Assembly: GCA_963712885.1 (NCBI GenBank)
Contig: CAVQJT010000010.1
Coordinates: forward strand, 68,249-132,248
Source: Calditrichia bacterium
GTDB lineage: Bacteria; Calditrichota; Calditrichia; JAJRVZ01
DNA: 64,000 nt
Direction: 5' to 3'
The translations under genes were made by a program, and so were the position numbers. The notes below the pieces were generated by a model. The model saw only the letters and a program-made list of their open reading frames with translations, was not told the origin of the DNA and made no database searches. This document shows positions 31,936 to 44,037 of the stretch, one piece after another (the stretch's first letter is position 1; the number at the start of each line of letters is the position of its first letter).

Positions 31936-33201
31936 TTATTTCTCATTAGATACGACCCATAAATTAAGCCATAAACGGAAAGAATCATAGCGCATTTTAA
32001 TTGTTTCTGGATTCCGTTCTGACATCCGCATTTTATATAGCTGCAGGTAACCTGCATCCGGATATCGCATCCCGGCGAAGGCAAGACTGGATAGTTCGGC
32101 ATTGTTTTTTTCAGTAATCTGCTGAGCGGTCCATTTATCCGGATCTTCAAGATATGGAACCATATAATCCAGCGCTTTTTTTACACTGCCCCCTTTGTCG
32201 TTTGTCCATTCCCACAGATCAACACCCTGTCGTTCAAATATGCGGCAAATCAGACCAAAAGCCTCTAAATTGAACAAAGTATAATCAAAGGAGCGGGTGC
32301 GTTTTTCTTCCTCCGGAAAGCATCCGTTCCCTTCGATCTGATTCCGGATCAGAATATTTTTTGTGTGATTCTCCAATATTGGCAAAATGTCCGTACGACC
32401 TGTATATACGGCCAAAGCTGCAACCTGGGCTGTCCACCAGGTGGCATGATTATTCAAGGTTTTCTTTTCCTGCTGGCCGTTTTCACTGGTCAGCAGCCAA
32501 TCAAGATAATCGGCAAACCATTGAAGGAGTCTTTTCCGTTCATCCATTTGCCATACGCCGCTTTTTTCAAGGAGATCAAGCGCAGCAAACCATTTACTCC
32601 AGTTATGTGTATCGATTATCCCAAAACAACGACCCGGACTCCGGTTAGGGATCGCCTGGGCATAGTCCAGGTTGGGATTCATTCTGGTTGGTTTATCGAG
32701 AAACCAGATGCGGAGCAGTTCCGTTGCCCGTTCTGAATACGACGGATTATGCAGAAAATACCCGGCCATGCTGAGAACCGAAACAGCAGCGGTCATTTCG
32801 ACCAGTGACTCCTTGTGGGCCAGGAATCGGTCCGGATTGCGCAAGCCATCCCTGCGGATATAGGGTGCTCCGGGGTTACCGGGATCCGGCCACCAATAAG
32901 GAGCTTCACTATAGTAATCATGCGGATCTCCGCTAATCGCCATACCGGGCTGAAAGGTAATGCTCCATGGTCCCTTGTTCAAATAATGATCCGCAAATTC
33001 CCGTAATTCAGTCAGATAAGGCTGAATGGCATCATTATTTTCCAGAACAGAATGATCCATCACCTCCAGCTGCATTCTGGTGAAAAATAGTGTCTGTGTT
33101 CGCCCCGTTTTTGTCAGACACAAGATCATTCCAAATATCAGAATTGCCGTTTTTACAAAAATTTTTCCCATTCCGGATTTATTTATTCTCTTGATGGTCA
33201 T
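31936..33201 (-). CDS. Alginate-lyase-family protein (Pfam Alginate_lyase-like (alpha/alpha) toroid).
   Basis: Signal peptide. DYYSEAPYWWPDPGNPGAPYIRRDGLRNPD motif. Paralog of 36989..38149. Confidence 0.5.
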   Translation of the reverse strand: MTIKRINKSGMGKIFVKTAILIFGMILCLTKTGRTQTLFFTRMQLEVMDHSVLENNDAIQPYLTELREFADHYLNKGPWSITFQPGMAISGDPHDYYSEAPYWWPDPGNPGAPYIRRDGLRNPDRFLAHKESLVEMTAAVSVLSMAGYFLHNPSYSERATELLRIWFLDKPTRMNPNLDYAQAIPNRSPGRCFGIIDTHNWSKWFAALDLLEKSGVWQMDERKRLLQWFADYLDWLLTSENGQQEKKTLNNHATWWTAQVAALAVYTGRTDILPILENHTKNILIRNQIEGNGCFPEEEKRTRSFDYTLFNLEAFGLICRIFERQGVDLWEWTNDKGGSVKKALDYMVPYLEDPDKWTAQQITEKNNAELSSLAFAGMRYPDAGYLQLYKMRMSERNPETIKMRYDSFRLWLNLWVVSNEK

Positions 33202-33333
33202 TTATCCTGATCTATTCACATAACACAGAGTTGGTATATTCTTAACCCGAATCAACAATTGAACACAAATAGTTTATGTCTGGCTTAATGCCTAATTTTT
33301 CTCCGGACTGAAACCGGGTCTTCAATCTTCGGT

Positions 33334-35731
33334 TCAACAATTCAACAGAATATACCGTCCACTACCTAATTTCCGTCTATGACCACATCGCCTCCCTTTA
33401 AAATTCTGATTTCGTGCCTCAATGACCGTTTTGCCATCCGGAACCGGTTTAAATTCAATTAGGGCCCGTCCGTTGGCGGTTTCTATAATCTGGCTGCGCG
33501 TTGGCGTTCCCCAGTTGGTCAGTAGCCGGCCCGGGCCGTCCGATGCAAAATATATCCTATCCCGGTAATCTAGACACCGGTTTCCGGCCGCATCCCTTAC
33601 AGTGGCTTCAATCAGATAATTTCCCGAGATCATTTTATTTACTTTTAGTTCAATTATATCCGGTTTGCCGTGTTTTGTATAGGTATAACTCAATTCAAGT
33701 GTATCGTTCGTCACCTGCTCACTGCCTTTAAATCCCGACGCGATAAGGGTATTGACCCCTTCCCGGAACGAAAGCGTCCAGCGTAGCCCCTGAGCGGGGA
33801 AATCGGCGGGATCCCTTGTACATCTTCCGAGCAGTTCCCCATTTAACGATAATTCAACCGATTCTGCGTTGCTGTAAACACAAACCTCTCTGGGCATATT
33901 CGGGGGACCGGATCGTTCCTGCCAGGTATGCGACTCAATATAACAGAAAACCGGCTCTCCCGTCCAGAAACTCTTAAAAACATAGTACGCATCTTTTGGA
34001 TTTCCGGCGCGATCCATAACCCCTTTTTGATTAAGATACGGAATTGCATTTTCCGGGCGCAAAGGCGTACCAAAATCCTTGAATGCCCATTGTGCATTTC
34101 CGGTAAACCATTCTGCTTTCTCAGCAACGGACAGGTGCCAGTCAAACAGGTCGACAATATAATTTTCACTCCAGTCACCCTGACTGGCAATATTTTTCAC
34201 CTGAACCTGGTTGACCGCTTCTTCCCAGCCTTCGGGATTGATAAGGCCTTTTCCATCGATCGGATTTTCAACGTGGCGACCGATATGACTCGATCCGCCA
34301 TATTCGGCATGAAAAAAGCGGATATATTTGTCCTTCGCATCCCGAATGGCTTTTTCATAATTGGTATAAACCCCGGAATACCATCCTGCCCATATCGAAG
34401 GAGAAAATACATCGACAATATCAGCCCCTTCATAAAATTTCCGGATAGCCGTTACCCGCCCAGGGTCCATTTCATGCGCAAGAGTATTTAATTTGCCAAG
34501 GAAAGCGCGGAGTGAATCAACATTATCACCGCCGGGAAAATCAGGCAGCCAGTATACTTCGTTACCCAGCGACCATATGATGATGCTCGGGTGGTTGATA
34601 TTTTGACGGATCATTTCCCGCAGCACGTTCTGCGTATTTTTCTGCCAAACCGCTGGCCCGACCCCACCACGACACCATGGCAGTTCATCCCAAACCAGGA
34701 GTCCAAGTTCATCACACGCTTTATACACCTCCGGATCCTGCGGATAATGGGCCAGGCGAACAAAGTTTGCCCCCATGGCCTTGATCATTTCCATATCTCT
34801 CCGGTGGAGACTGTCCGGCATGGCGGCACCATACCCGGCGTGTTCTTCATGCCGGTGTGTACCTCGCAGCAGCAACCGTTTGCCGTTGAGATAAAACGGT
34901 CCGTGTTCACGAAATTCAAACCACCGGCAACCGAATCGTGTATTCAGGGAATCGATGGGTTTTTCTCCGGATAAAACGGTTGTCACCAAAGTATAAAGAT
35001 CGGGATGATCTGGTGACCATAACTGCGGCTTTTTTATGCTTCCCAATGAAATAGAAGTAGATTTACCAGTAACTTTGGCCGTTGAAGCGGTAATTTTCTT
35101 ACCGGCCGGATCAAGAATAACCGCTCGTATCTGTATATCATCAAGACTTTTTAATTCTGACAGTTCAATTTCAGCGATTGTTTGGGCGAGCTCATTCGAT
35201 ACGACCGGCGTCCTGATGGCAACATTTTTGATATGCACAGCCGGAACGATTTTCAGCCAGACATCCCGGGTAAGCCCACCGTAAATAAAAAAATCGGATT
35301 TTTGAGAAGGGACAATGAACGGATCATGGCCGTTGTCCACCCTGACCAGAATGGTGTTATCCTGATCATAATTGACCAGATCCGTAATATCGGTCTCGAA
35401 CCCCAGATAACCGCCGGTATGTTCGCCGGCAAGCCTCTTATTTATGTAAACGCGCGCGGATATATTTGCGCACTCGAAATAAAGGATTATCTTTTCCGGA
35501 TCCCCACTGGACCTGGGTACATAAAGACTGTTTCTGGTACCAGCCGGCATCACGACGATACCCCGGGGTGATATCGGTGGCATCCCACTGATTCCAGGTA
35601 TGTGGCAGGTTTACCTGCAGCCACTTTTTTGAAGATGTATGCAGCTGGGAAACTTCCTCAATGCCATCTTCCAGATAATACCAGCCGGCATTGAGGTTGA
35701 TCAGCCTGCGGCCGGTCCCGTCTGAGAGCAT
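33334..35731 (-). CDS. Glycoside hydrolase family 2 (beta-glucuronidase / beta-galactosidase type), frameshifted near 35440-35590. Its N-terminus is in the same frame as the upstream GH88 ORF.
   Basis: GH2 sugar-binding N-terminal domain (NAGWYY...NLPHTWN...AGWYQK; KIILYFECANISARVYINKRLAGEHTGGYLGFETDIT) and catalytic WSLGNEV motif. Confidence 0.7.
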
Positions 35732-36928
35732 ATGCCTGTTTTTCAGGTGGTTCCAATATTTATAAATGGTCTCCATAAAATAAAAATCACCGGCAGGAAA
35801 TGATTCATCAACACCCCAATTTTTGTGAAAATGATATATGGTGTGCAGAAGAAGCCCCTGCTCCGAGGAGCGCCGGCTGGATTCAAATCTGTAATTTTTG
35901 ATCAGACTCTGGGTCATTTTTATTGCCGCGGCGCGATACGTCTCGATGGACAGGCGTTCTTCGAGTTGTTCTGCCAGCAGGAACAGCCCGGAAGCGGCTA
36001 TGGCTGCGGCTGACGCATCCCGGAGGGTCTCGGGATCTGTCAGATCCAGATCCCAGAATGGTACCATATCTGGCGGAAGATGCGCCAGAAAATAATCGGC
36101 CATTCTGCGTGACGTTTCCAGAAAACGACGGTCGCCGGTATGACGGTAGGCATTGGCAAAACCGTAAATACCCCATGCCTGGCCCCGTGCCCAGGTTGAG
36201 GAGTCGCTGTATCCCTGGTGGGTGCTTTTTTTTAATACATTACCTGCTTCCGGATCGAATTGAATCACATGAAAGCTGGATCCGTTATCGCGAATACTTT
36301 GTTTCATGGCGGTAATGGCATGCCCATAAGCGATATCATAAAAAGAAAGATTACCGGTATATTTCCAGGCCCAGAACAGCAACTCGAGATTCATCATGGT
36401 GTCGATGATCATCCACCCGGCGCGGTCCTCACTGCCCAGTTTTCCCCAGGCCCGGATAAACTTTCCTTTCTGATTATAGCGTTTGGCAAGCATTTTTGCC
36501 GCCTGCACCGCACCCCGGGCAAAACGTTTATCACCGGTATGTGTATAGGCCGTTACAAGCGTCGGTATAAAAATAAATCCCATATCGTGCGTATAATCGA
36601 TTTCGGCGAATGGAAGCATATTTTCCGCATGGTGTAAGGCACGGGAACTTAGATCAGGATCTCCGGTCATATCCCAACAATACCAGAGTTCCCCGCCCAG
36701 AAAACCGGAAAGCCAGTTGACTTTGTCCCTGAATTGCCACAGCCCATCTGCCGTATATTCAGGAAACTGGTCCTTTATAACTTCATCCTTTTTTACCAGC
36801 TGATCTTTTAATCCGGAGATGAATGCCGTTTCCAAATCCTGCGAAATAGCTGATTTAAATACAATTATTACACCAAACAGAATTATTATTGAGGTAGATT
36901 TCATAAGACTCTTCTCCCCTTGTATCAT
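35732..36928 (-). CDS. Glycoside hydrolase family 88/105 (unsaturated glucuronyl / rhamnogalacturonyl hydrolase).
   Basis: TWARGQAWGIYGFANAYRHTGD signature, signal peptide, about 400-aa domain. No stop codon separates it from the GH2 N-terminus in this frame. Confidence 0.7.
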
Positions 36929-36988
36929 GCTAGTGGCGCTTTATCCAATAAACGTATCGGGGCTATGGTTTCTGATAAAATTGAATTA

Positions 36989-38149
36989 TCAATTTAACCA
37001 GATGACTGGTTGCCTTATCGGAAAATTTCGGATTACCTCATCATTTTCAGGATCCGGATCCAGGTTTTTCCATACATCAATATATTTTGATTCTTTAAAT
37101 GCTAGGCCGGCAAACAATAATGCCGGGTGCCGCACAGGCCAAAGATCAAAATACATTACATCAGGAGGATAAGGCCATTCTGACTTGTCTTTTATGAATG
37201 GAAACATAAAATCCACGGCCAATTTGATATTTCTTCCATCGTTTGTGCTGTACATCCACAGATTGTCCTTATTATCTGAGAGAATCTGGCAGACCATGCT
37301 CATGGCATCCAGATTGAATAATGAGTAATTATAAGGCTTTGTGCGGTTGAGTTCCTTCGGATACCCGCCATTCTGATCCATCTGATCGGGTATGAGAACG
37401 GTTTTGTAGAAGTTCCTGACAAATTCTTTTTGATCTTCGGCACCGACAAGATCGGCAAAAGCGGCAACCTGCATCGCCCAGCAGGTGCTATGGTTATTCC
37501 CGTTATCACGTTCGCTGATACCAAATTCATGGGTTGTCATCCATTCCAGGTAAGTATCAAACCAATCTTTTATCGTTTTCAGATCCAGCTCTTCAATGGC
37601 ATTGTATTTTTCAAGCATTTGCACAGATCTGGCGATTTCAACCAGGTGGATCGTATCAATAATGCCTATTCCTCTTCCGGTAACCCTTCCTTTGATCGCC
37701 TGTGCGTATAGCAGGTTTGGGCTCATTCGCGTATCCGGGACGATAAACCAGGCCTTCAGATGCCGGACGGCGGCCCGGGCATATTTTTGCTCACCGGTTA
37801 TGATATAGGCGGAGACAAGTGCGGGGACCTGGATACTGAATCGACGCATGACTTCTCTGTGTTTGATAAAATTATCCGGATTGGTCATTCCGTCTTTACG
37901 GATATAGGGTCCATCCGGATTCTCAGGATCCGGCCACCAATAATCGCCTTCAGAGTAAAAATCATGGATGCCGCCCGAACTTCGGCTCGCCGCAAATGCG
38001 GTGATGGTAACAGGTTCTTCATCAAGAAAGCGTTCAGCCATTGATAATACGCGTTCGCGTTCTATCGCATTAATGTCAACTGTCCCGGATGCATTGCATG
38101 ACAACAGGAACACAATAGAAACATAAAGCATTACTTTAAATATTAACAT
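36989..38149 (-). CDS. Alginate-lyase-family protein, paralog of 31936..33201.
   Basis: DFYSEGDYWWPDPENPDGPYIRKDGMTNPD. Lipoprotein-like signal (LLSC). Confidence 0.5.
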   Translation of the reverse strand: MLIFKVMLYVSIVFLLSCNASGTVDINAIERERVLSMAERFLDEEPVTITAFAASRSSGGIHDFYSEGDYWWPDPENPDGPYIRKDGMTNPDNFIKHREVMRRFSIQVPALVSAYIITGEQKYARAAVRHLKAWFIVPDTRMSPNLLYAQAIKGRVTGRGIGIIDTIHLVEIARSVQMLEKYNAIEELDLKTIKDWFDTYLEWMTTHEFGISERDNGNNHSTCWAMQVAAFADLVGAEDQKEFVRNFYKTVLIPDQMDQNGGYPKELNRTKPYNYSLFNLDAMSMVCQILSDNKDNLWMYSTNDGRNIKLAVDFMFPFIKDKSEWPYPPDVMYFDLWPVRHPALLFAGLAFKESKYIDVWKNLDPDPENDEVIRNFPIRQPVIWLN

Positions 38150-38165
38150 TATCTCATGCCTTGCT

Positions 38166-38895
38166 TTAATTATTATTGCCCATAGCATATATTATGCCGC
38201 CAAATAGATGATTCAGGAAAAGCGTGTCCTGATAACTTTCTGGTGTGTGGCCTCCGGCCGTATACCAGGCACGCCCCTTGCCTACATCGTGATACCAGCT
38301 GAGAGGGTGATCCGCACCATTCCCCCCGCCTGTATATGAAGATTCATCAAGTGTGATCAATACCTTTATTCCCGGATCGAGCGGGGTTCTGAAATTATAC
38401 CACTCGTCTGTCCGTTCCCAGATATCCGGTAAATGTCTTGTCGACGGATGGTTTTTATCCCGTATAATCAGTCTGGCCGGCTGGACTTTTGGGTGATCCC
38501 TAAAATAGGTCCCCAGGAGTTTGCCATACCATTCCCAATCATATTCCGTATCACTGGCACCATGGAATCCCGGCGAAACCACCGCCATTTTCAATATATG
38601 TCCGCAGCGCCTGCTTCCCACCCGGACCAAGGACATTGCCACTGGTGTTCAGAAATACGACCGCGGCATAATTTTTCAGGATCTCATCGGTAAAAATCAG
38701 TGAATCTGCCATCGAATTCACAAGAATATTCTGTTCTTTGCCAAATTTTTTAATGGCGATCAGAGCCTGCGGAATACTCTTGTGGATATATTCATTGGTT
38801 TTAGTAAATACGAGGATGGATTGTGGTGTCTGGTCTTTTGTGCAACTCATTATCCAGATCGGAAAGAAAATAAGCATTAAAGATCGGCGCGTCAT
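38166..38895 (-). CDS. ThuA-like (trehalose-utilisation, class-I glutamine-amidotransferase-like fold) secreted protein, frameshifted near 38600.
   Basis: ILVFTKT..AVVFLNTSG..ENGGGFAGIH in ORF 38551..38895; ITLDESSYTGG...WYTAGGH in ORF 38166..38642. Confidence 0.5.
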
Positions 38896-40800
38896 CTTAC
38901 GAATAACATTTTTATTGAATGGGATAACTTTCCGTCAACCGTCATCGTACAAAAATACATACCTGAAGAAGATATAACGCCCTGCCCGTTGCGTCCGTCC
39001 CATCCAACCCGTTTTGTACCGGCCGGCTCACGGCCGTTGGACAGGGTGATGATCATTTCGCCGGATGTATTGTAAATTTGCAGGACAACATGTGCGGGTT
39101 TGCCGATACTAAATGTTATGATCGTGGATGGATTGAACGGATTCGGATAATTTTGTCTGAGGACATAAGATCGGGGTGCCTCAGGCACGCTCTCCCCATC
39201 GATCGAGGCAGCAGGCCCGAGTCGATCTTCCAGTTGTGCCAGATAAAGCGATCTGGGCTCCAGACCTGCCTGATTTGTACCTTCGATGTAGCCTTCCGGC
39301 ACCGGAAAAGGCGCCGGTGGGCTGATTCCGGTTATATCACCTGAGCAGCCGATGGCATAATTTTGTCCGGTCGGCGGTTTCTGGATGGTCAGGTTGCCTG
39401 CTGCGACATCACAATTCCAGGCCACACCATGTACCAGCGCCCAGCCGTGGCTTGTCCCGTAATGTCCCCGGTTGTATAATCCCAAGAGACGAGGATTATA
39501 GCCCGGACGGGGTCCATCCAGTTCAACGACATTGTCATATAAAAGTGCCTGACTCCATTGGCGATGCCCCTCGCTGCTGGCATATGCTCCTGATGAGGTG
39601 CAGTCCAGAAATACACAACCGGAAGTCCAGCTGGTGCCGTTTGACATATAATGATGCCTTCCATTGGTGGCATGGCAATCCCTGACCAGAATCTGCTGTG
39701 ACGCATTATACAGACTGGAAATTGTACATGTTGCCACCGTCGATTGGTGCAACCGGATCCAGTGCCTGGCAATTCTGAATGGTAATGCGGGTGGCGGTAT
39801 TCGTTCTGAAACCGGACAGTCCAAAATGCAGTACGGTGCAATTGCGTACCCAGGCATCCTCGATCTGAAAGAGATCGATGGCGTTCCAGGCATGATTCTG
39901 ATCAACACCGCCGGCGGTTACAATATCAATCCGCAAATTTTCAATACCGATGTGATTCCGGATTCCCAGACGTCCGTAACGATAAATAAAGGATTGTGAC
40001 AGTGAACGAATCAAATGGTTGTATACGGGAACATCTATGGTGATGGTATTTCCCTCGATGGCAGTAATATACCGGTTGAACACGACAGGCTGGCTGTTTA
40101 TGGCCCAGGGCAGATCCACACCGGGTTCTGCAGCCGGGAGATACCAGAATGTACCTCCGGTATCAACCGCAGATAACCAGGCTGCTGTGCAGGGATGATA
40201 AATTATAATATTGTCACCAACATTATAACCTGATGCATCCGCAACCTCAAAGGTTTTTTCACCAATCAATACCGTATCAGAAATAATGTTAACGTTCGAA
40301 CCGGCATCACCGTCGGACCATTTGGTTTGTGCCCCGCCGCCGGCGACTAAAACCGTCCTTTTTGTTGGCGAATTACCGGTCGCTTTCAGGATCGTATTTG
40401 TTAATGGGTTGTCACCATCTCCCTCACCTCTCAGAACAACACCATCGAAGCCAATTTTAATTGTACCGTTGATTTCATACTCCCCTGCTTTAAGCAATAG
40501 TGCGCCATGAAACCCGTTGCTGTCCGGGGGCATCATGGCCACTTCAAACAGGGCATTTTGAATCAGGGTCGTATTGTCGCCTGAGACGGGTTCAAGGATC
40601 TTAACAACGGGTACGTCCGGAATCCTTTCGGCTGAATTTTTATACCCGGCATAACTGAAATCAGGGATGCGGTTGCCGCTGGAATCGGCAACGTAAACCA
40701 GTTTCTCATCATTGCCGCGATACACGATCTTCGACTCCCAGGCAGACAGATTTGTGCCAAAGACCAGTACCGCGAGGCAAAATAGTATTACATTTTTCAT
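38892..40800 (-). CDS. Right-handed beta-helix (pectate-lyase-fold) secreted protein with a T9SS C-terminal domain; frameshifted near 39700-39900.
   Basis: Signal peptide and beta-helix repeats (NCTVLHFGLSGF..) in ORF 39706..40800. C-terminal ORF 38892..39908 ends with LRQNYPNPFNPSTIITFSI... Confidence 0.6.
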
Positions 40801-40804
40801 TCAA

Positions 40805-41002
40805 TTCACCTGTTTTTGTGGATTTCGACAGGATAACAGGATTGACAAGATATACAATTTTCACGAAGTACCACGAAGAATAGCGAAGATCCACGAAGTA
40901 ATTTCAGTGAAAACAAATCAATTAATTTATGTTTTCTTCGTGACATTTTTCGTGTTCCTTCGTGTAATATCTTCAGAATCCTGTTTATCCTGTTATCCTG
41001 TC
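40805..41002. repeat. Intergenic palindromic element of about 200 bp, bounded by inverted repeats (GACAGGATAACAGGAT ... ATCCTGTTTATCCTGTTATCCTGTC). Its interior is made of CACGAAG / CTTCGTG arms. MITE- or REP-like.
   Basis: Inverted repeats and internal palindrome read directly from the sequence. Confidence 0.7.
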
Positions 41003-41010
41003 AAAAAAAA

Positions 41011-43713
41011 TTACTTTACCAGGATCATTTTTTTCACTTCCCGGTACTCACCCGCGGCAAGTTGATAATAATACACCCCGCTGGTCAGGTTTTTACCGTT
41101 AAAGGTAATGGTGTAACTCCCCGGATTCATTCTCCCTGATACCAGGGTTGCGACCTTCTTTCCCAACAGATTGTAAACCGATAATTCCACATGGCTGCTA
41201 ATTGCCAACTGCCAGCTGATGACGGTCGATGGATTAAAGGGATTGGGATAATTCTGATCCAGTGACGCGTAGACTGTCGGAACTGTATGCCTAACCGTAT
41301 CGTAATTTATATTTGTTACCGGGGCCCAGCCAAGGTCCCCCATCGCTTTACCGTCATCGGCCTTACCAATGGCCGGTGAGTTGACTGCCAGCGCAAAATT
41401 ACCATCCTCACGGTTACTGTAAAGCGGATCTACAGAAAGCATTCCGGCACCTATTTTCGCAGAACGAGAGACGCTTACCGTTCCGACCTGAAACGTATCA
41501 CAATAGGAAACAGATGCGGTTAACCCGTATAAACGAATTGATTCCTGACCGCTGCTGTTGCTGAAGATACTGTTTTTTATGGTGGTAAAATCACATTCCC
41601 AGGCATTGATTATGGCAGCATCGGGATTGCCGCATTCGTCAACCGTGACATGGTCGATCACGACAACGGGACTTGGGGTAAAGGGAATCTCATCACCACC
41701 ATAAATGAATATCGCTTCCAAGCCTGTTTTCCAGAACGTACAATTTTCGATGATCATTTGATCGACATTGAATTTGCCGCTTCCCACCGCCTCATCGGCC
41801 AGTTTTATTCCAAAACTGTCGGCACGATAGAATTTACTATTTGTAACGTATATAGTGTCTGCGACCGATCCCTGGTGCCCATACAGAATACTGCCCTCAA
41901 CATCGTGGAAAAAGCAACTGTCAATGTGCAGTGTATACTTCTTTGTCATCATTTCCGTCTGGGTCGCAATCAATTTGCGCGCCGGTGTTGCTGTACCAGC
42001 CATACCATCCAGTTCAAGTCCGATAAGCCTCAGGTTTGTTCCTTCGTTCAGTTGAATGAGTAAGCGATCGGGTGAATCACTTTCAGTGTTCCGGATCACC
42101 GGCTGGCTGACCAGACCTGTTGCGGCACGTATGGTGACTTTTTTATCGATGATCAAAACCGATGAATTTTCGTATATCCCACCACCGGTAATCAATTCAA
42201 TAATTGCATTATCATTCACGTTTTCCAGCGCTATTTTCAGGGAATCGGGTCCGGCCTGGACATAAACGATATCTGGTGGCTTGGGTCCCGGAATTTCCCA
42301 GTCCGGTCCCACATCTTCTGCTGTAAGCGGACGTCTGGTAATTGGATCGGTCGAGGCCTCATCAGCGCCGATATCCTTTTCTGTCAAACGATTCTGGCCA
42401 TCCATATCCATCGAAACTGCCGGATAATTGTCTGCCGCCGCACCGATTACCGGGCTTTCCGGCAGCGGACGCCACAATCCGTCTTCGGCTACCGCCATCA
42501 GCGGATCGACTTCCAGAATACCACCCGGATTTTCAATACCAAGGATCCCATACATGATGTTGGCTTCCCAGAACATATTTATTGGCTGGTCCTCTTCATA
42601 AATCATTTTCACGGTCGATTTGCCAAGATTGTTTGCAATAATGCAGTCTTCCGGGGGAAGCGAAAGTTCGGCATTTTCACCAGCACCAATGACGATCGTA
42701 TTGTTGCAATCAATAATCGTATTGTACAATACCTGAGCCCGTTTTACCTGAAAATACCGGTTCAGAGGCGAATTGGGCACGCCGTTCATGATCGAAATGG
42801 CTGCTCTAAGGCCGGTCCCGGCCAGATCCTGAAAGTAATTGTTGTACACCACATGATCCTCGCCGATGATCCGGACACCGCCGGTTCCACTTTTGAAATT
42901 GCCGATAAAAAAATTTCCTTCCACTGTGGCAAAATTCCCGTGTCGCATGGTCAGTGTCCCGTCACATTCGTAAAAGGTATTTGACCGGAAGGTATTATGT
43001 CCTGATTTATTGGAAATGATTTCCGTTTCGCCGTCACAGTGTTCAAAATAATTATATTCAACTACAGAATACGAATCGGACATGGAATAATCGCTGGTTC
43101 CGATGCGGATCGTTTCGCCGCCGTTGAATCCAAGTGGTGGCCGATGACCAAAATAATTATGATCGATCTGGTGATAATGTGCCGGGGGATTGTACATCCG
43201 GTCAAACCAGATCACCAGCGTTGTCCCGGAATGGTTTTTACCGGCAAAGTAGCAATGATCGACTCGGTTATTTGCACCGTATAATGATATCCATTTATAG
43301 TCGGTATTTATGCTCTTCGGATTGTAATTGAGGATCACTGTATTGGATAAACGGCAATAATGACTATCGCCGGCGCCCGAGCGAAATTCAATTACCGCCC
43401 CCGATATGGCATATCCATCCCTGAAAAACAGGCCGTCAGCAACCAGATAAGTTCCGCCGATTCGCAGGGTTGAAGTCCCGGTGAGTACAACCTGTCCGGG
43501 TTCACCGGCACGCAAAAGAATGGGCTGTTCCTCGGTTCCATTTGCTTCAAATATAATTTGCTGATTGATCCATTCCCCGCTGGTCATTGTTAGCGTGTCT
43601 CCCGGCTGGATACCGGTCAGTACAGCGGTTATTTCCGCGCTGGAAGAAACAATGAATTCACTGGCCTGTAAGGATAGTGAAACTAAGATAGCGATCCAAA
43701 CAACAATTTTCAC
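41011..43713 (-). CDS. PL6-family polysaccharide lyase (alginate / chondroitinase-B-type beta-helix) with a second beta-helix domain and an intact T9SS C-terminal domain.
   Basis: PL6 catalytic-region pattern EYNYFEHCDGETEIISNKSGHNTFRSNTFYECDGTLTMRHGN...GGVRIIGEDHVVYNNYF...MNGVPNSPLNRY. C-terminus is LDQNYPNPFNPSTVISWQL... Confidence 0.75.
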   Translation of the reverse strand: MKIVVWIAILVSLSLQASEFIVSSSAEITAVLTGIQPGDTLTMTSGEWINQQIIFEANGTEEQPILLRAGEPGQVVLTGTSTLRIGGTYLVADGLFFRDGYAISGAVIEFRSGAGDSHYCRLSNTVILNYNPKSINTDYKWISLYGANNRVDHCYFAGKNHSGTTLVIWFDRMYNPPAHYHQIDHNYFGHRPPLGFNGGETIRIGTSDYSMSDSYSVVEYNYFEHCDGETEIISNKSGHNTFRSNTFYECDGTLTMRHGNFATVEGNFFIGNFKSGTGGVRIIGEDHVVYNNYFQDLAGTGLRAAISIMNGVPNSPLNRYFQVKRAQVLYNTIIDCNNTIVIGAGENAELSLPPEDCIIANNLGKSTVKMIYEEDQPINMFWEANIMYGILGIENPGGILEVDPLMAVAEDGLWRPLPESPVIGAAADNYPAVSMDMDGQNRLTEKDIGADEASTDPITRRPLTAEDVGPDWEIPGPKPPDIVYVQAGPDSLKIALENVNDNAIIELITGGGIYENSSVLIIDKKVTIRAATGLVSQPVIRNTESDSPDRLLIQLNEGTNLRLIGLELDGMAGTATPARKLIATQTEMMTKKYTLHIDSCFFHDVEGSILYGHQGSVADTIYVTNSKFYRADSFGIKLADEAVGSGKFNVDQMIIENCTFWKTGLEAIFIYGGDEIPFTPSPVVVIDHVTVDECGNPDAAIINAWECDFTTIKNSIFSNSSGQESIRLYGLTASVSYCDTFQVGTVSVSRSAKIGAGMLSVDPLYSNREDGNFALAVNSPAIGKADDGKAMGDLGWAPVTNINYDTVRHTVPTVYASLDQNYPNPFNPSTVISWQLAISSHVELSVYNLLGKKVATLVSGRMNPGSYTITFNGKNLTSGVYYYQLAAGEYREVKKMILVK

Positions 43714-44037
43714 GTTTGTACTTTTCCTTATATTACCTTCTGTCTCAAATGTTATACAGTAGGAATCTTCCTTTGTGTAGATTCAGATTTTGAACGAAAG
43801 AAGATCCTTCCAGGATGACCGGGTGGTATATTTTATCCAAAAATCTCAGTGCCAGTTGTCATTGCGAGGAAATCGCCGGAGGCGGCTGACGAAGCAATCT
43901 ATTGTAAATATTTACATAATGAGATTCCTTCGCTACGCTCGGATGACAAAAATACATATTTTTCAGAAGCACCAACCAAGAAAAAAATAGCCGAATAGCA
44001 TAACGCCTATCCGGCTATTTAGGATTAACCCACCAAT

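Noticed and set aside
43790-43990. A 66-aa ORF in the spacer between the lyase genes.
   Set aside because: It lies within repeat-rich, hairpin-dense intergenic DNA. The arginine-rich translation is typical of GC-rich repeats read in frame. No RBS.
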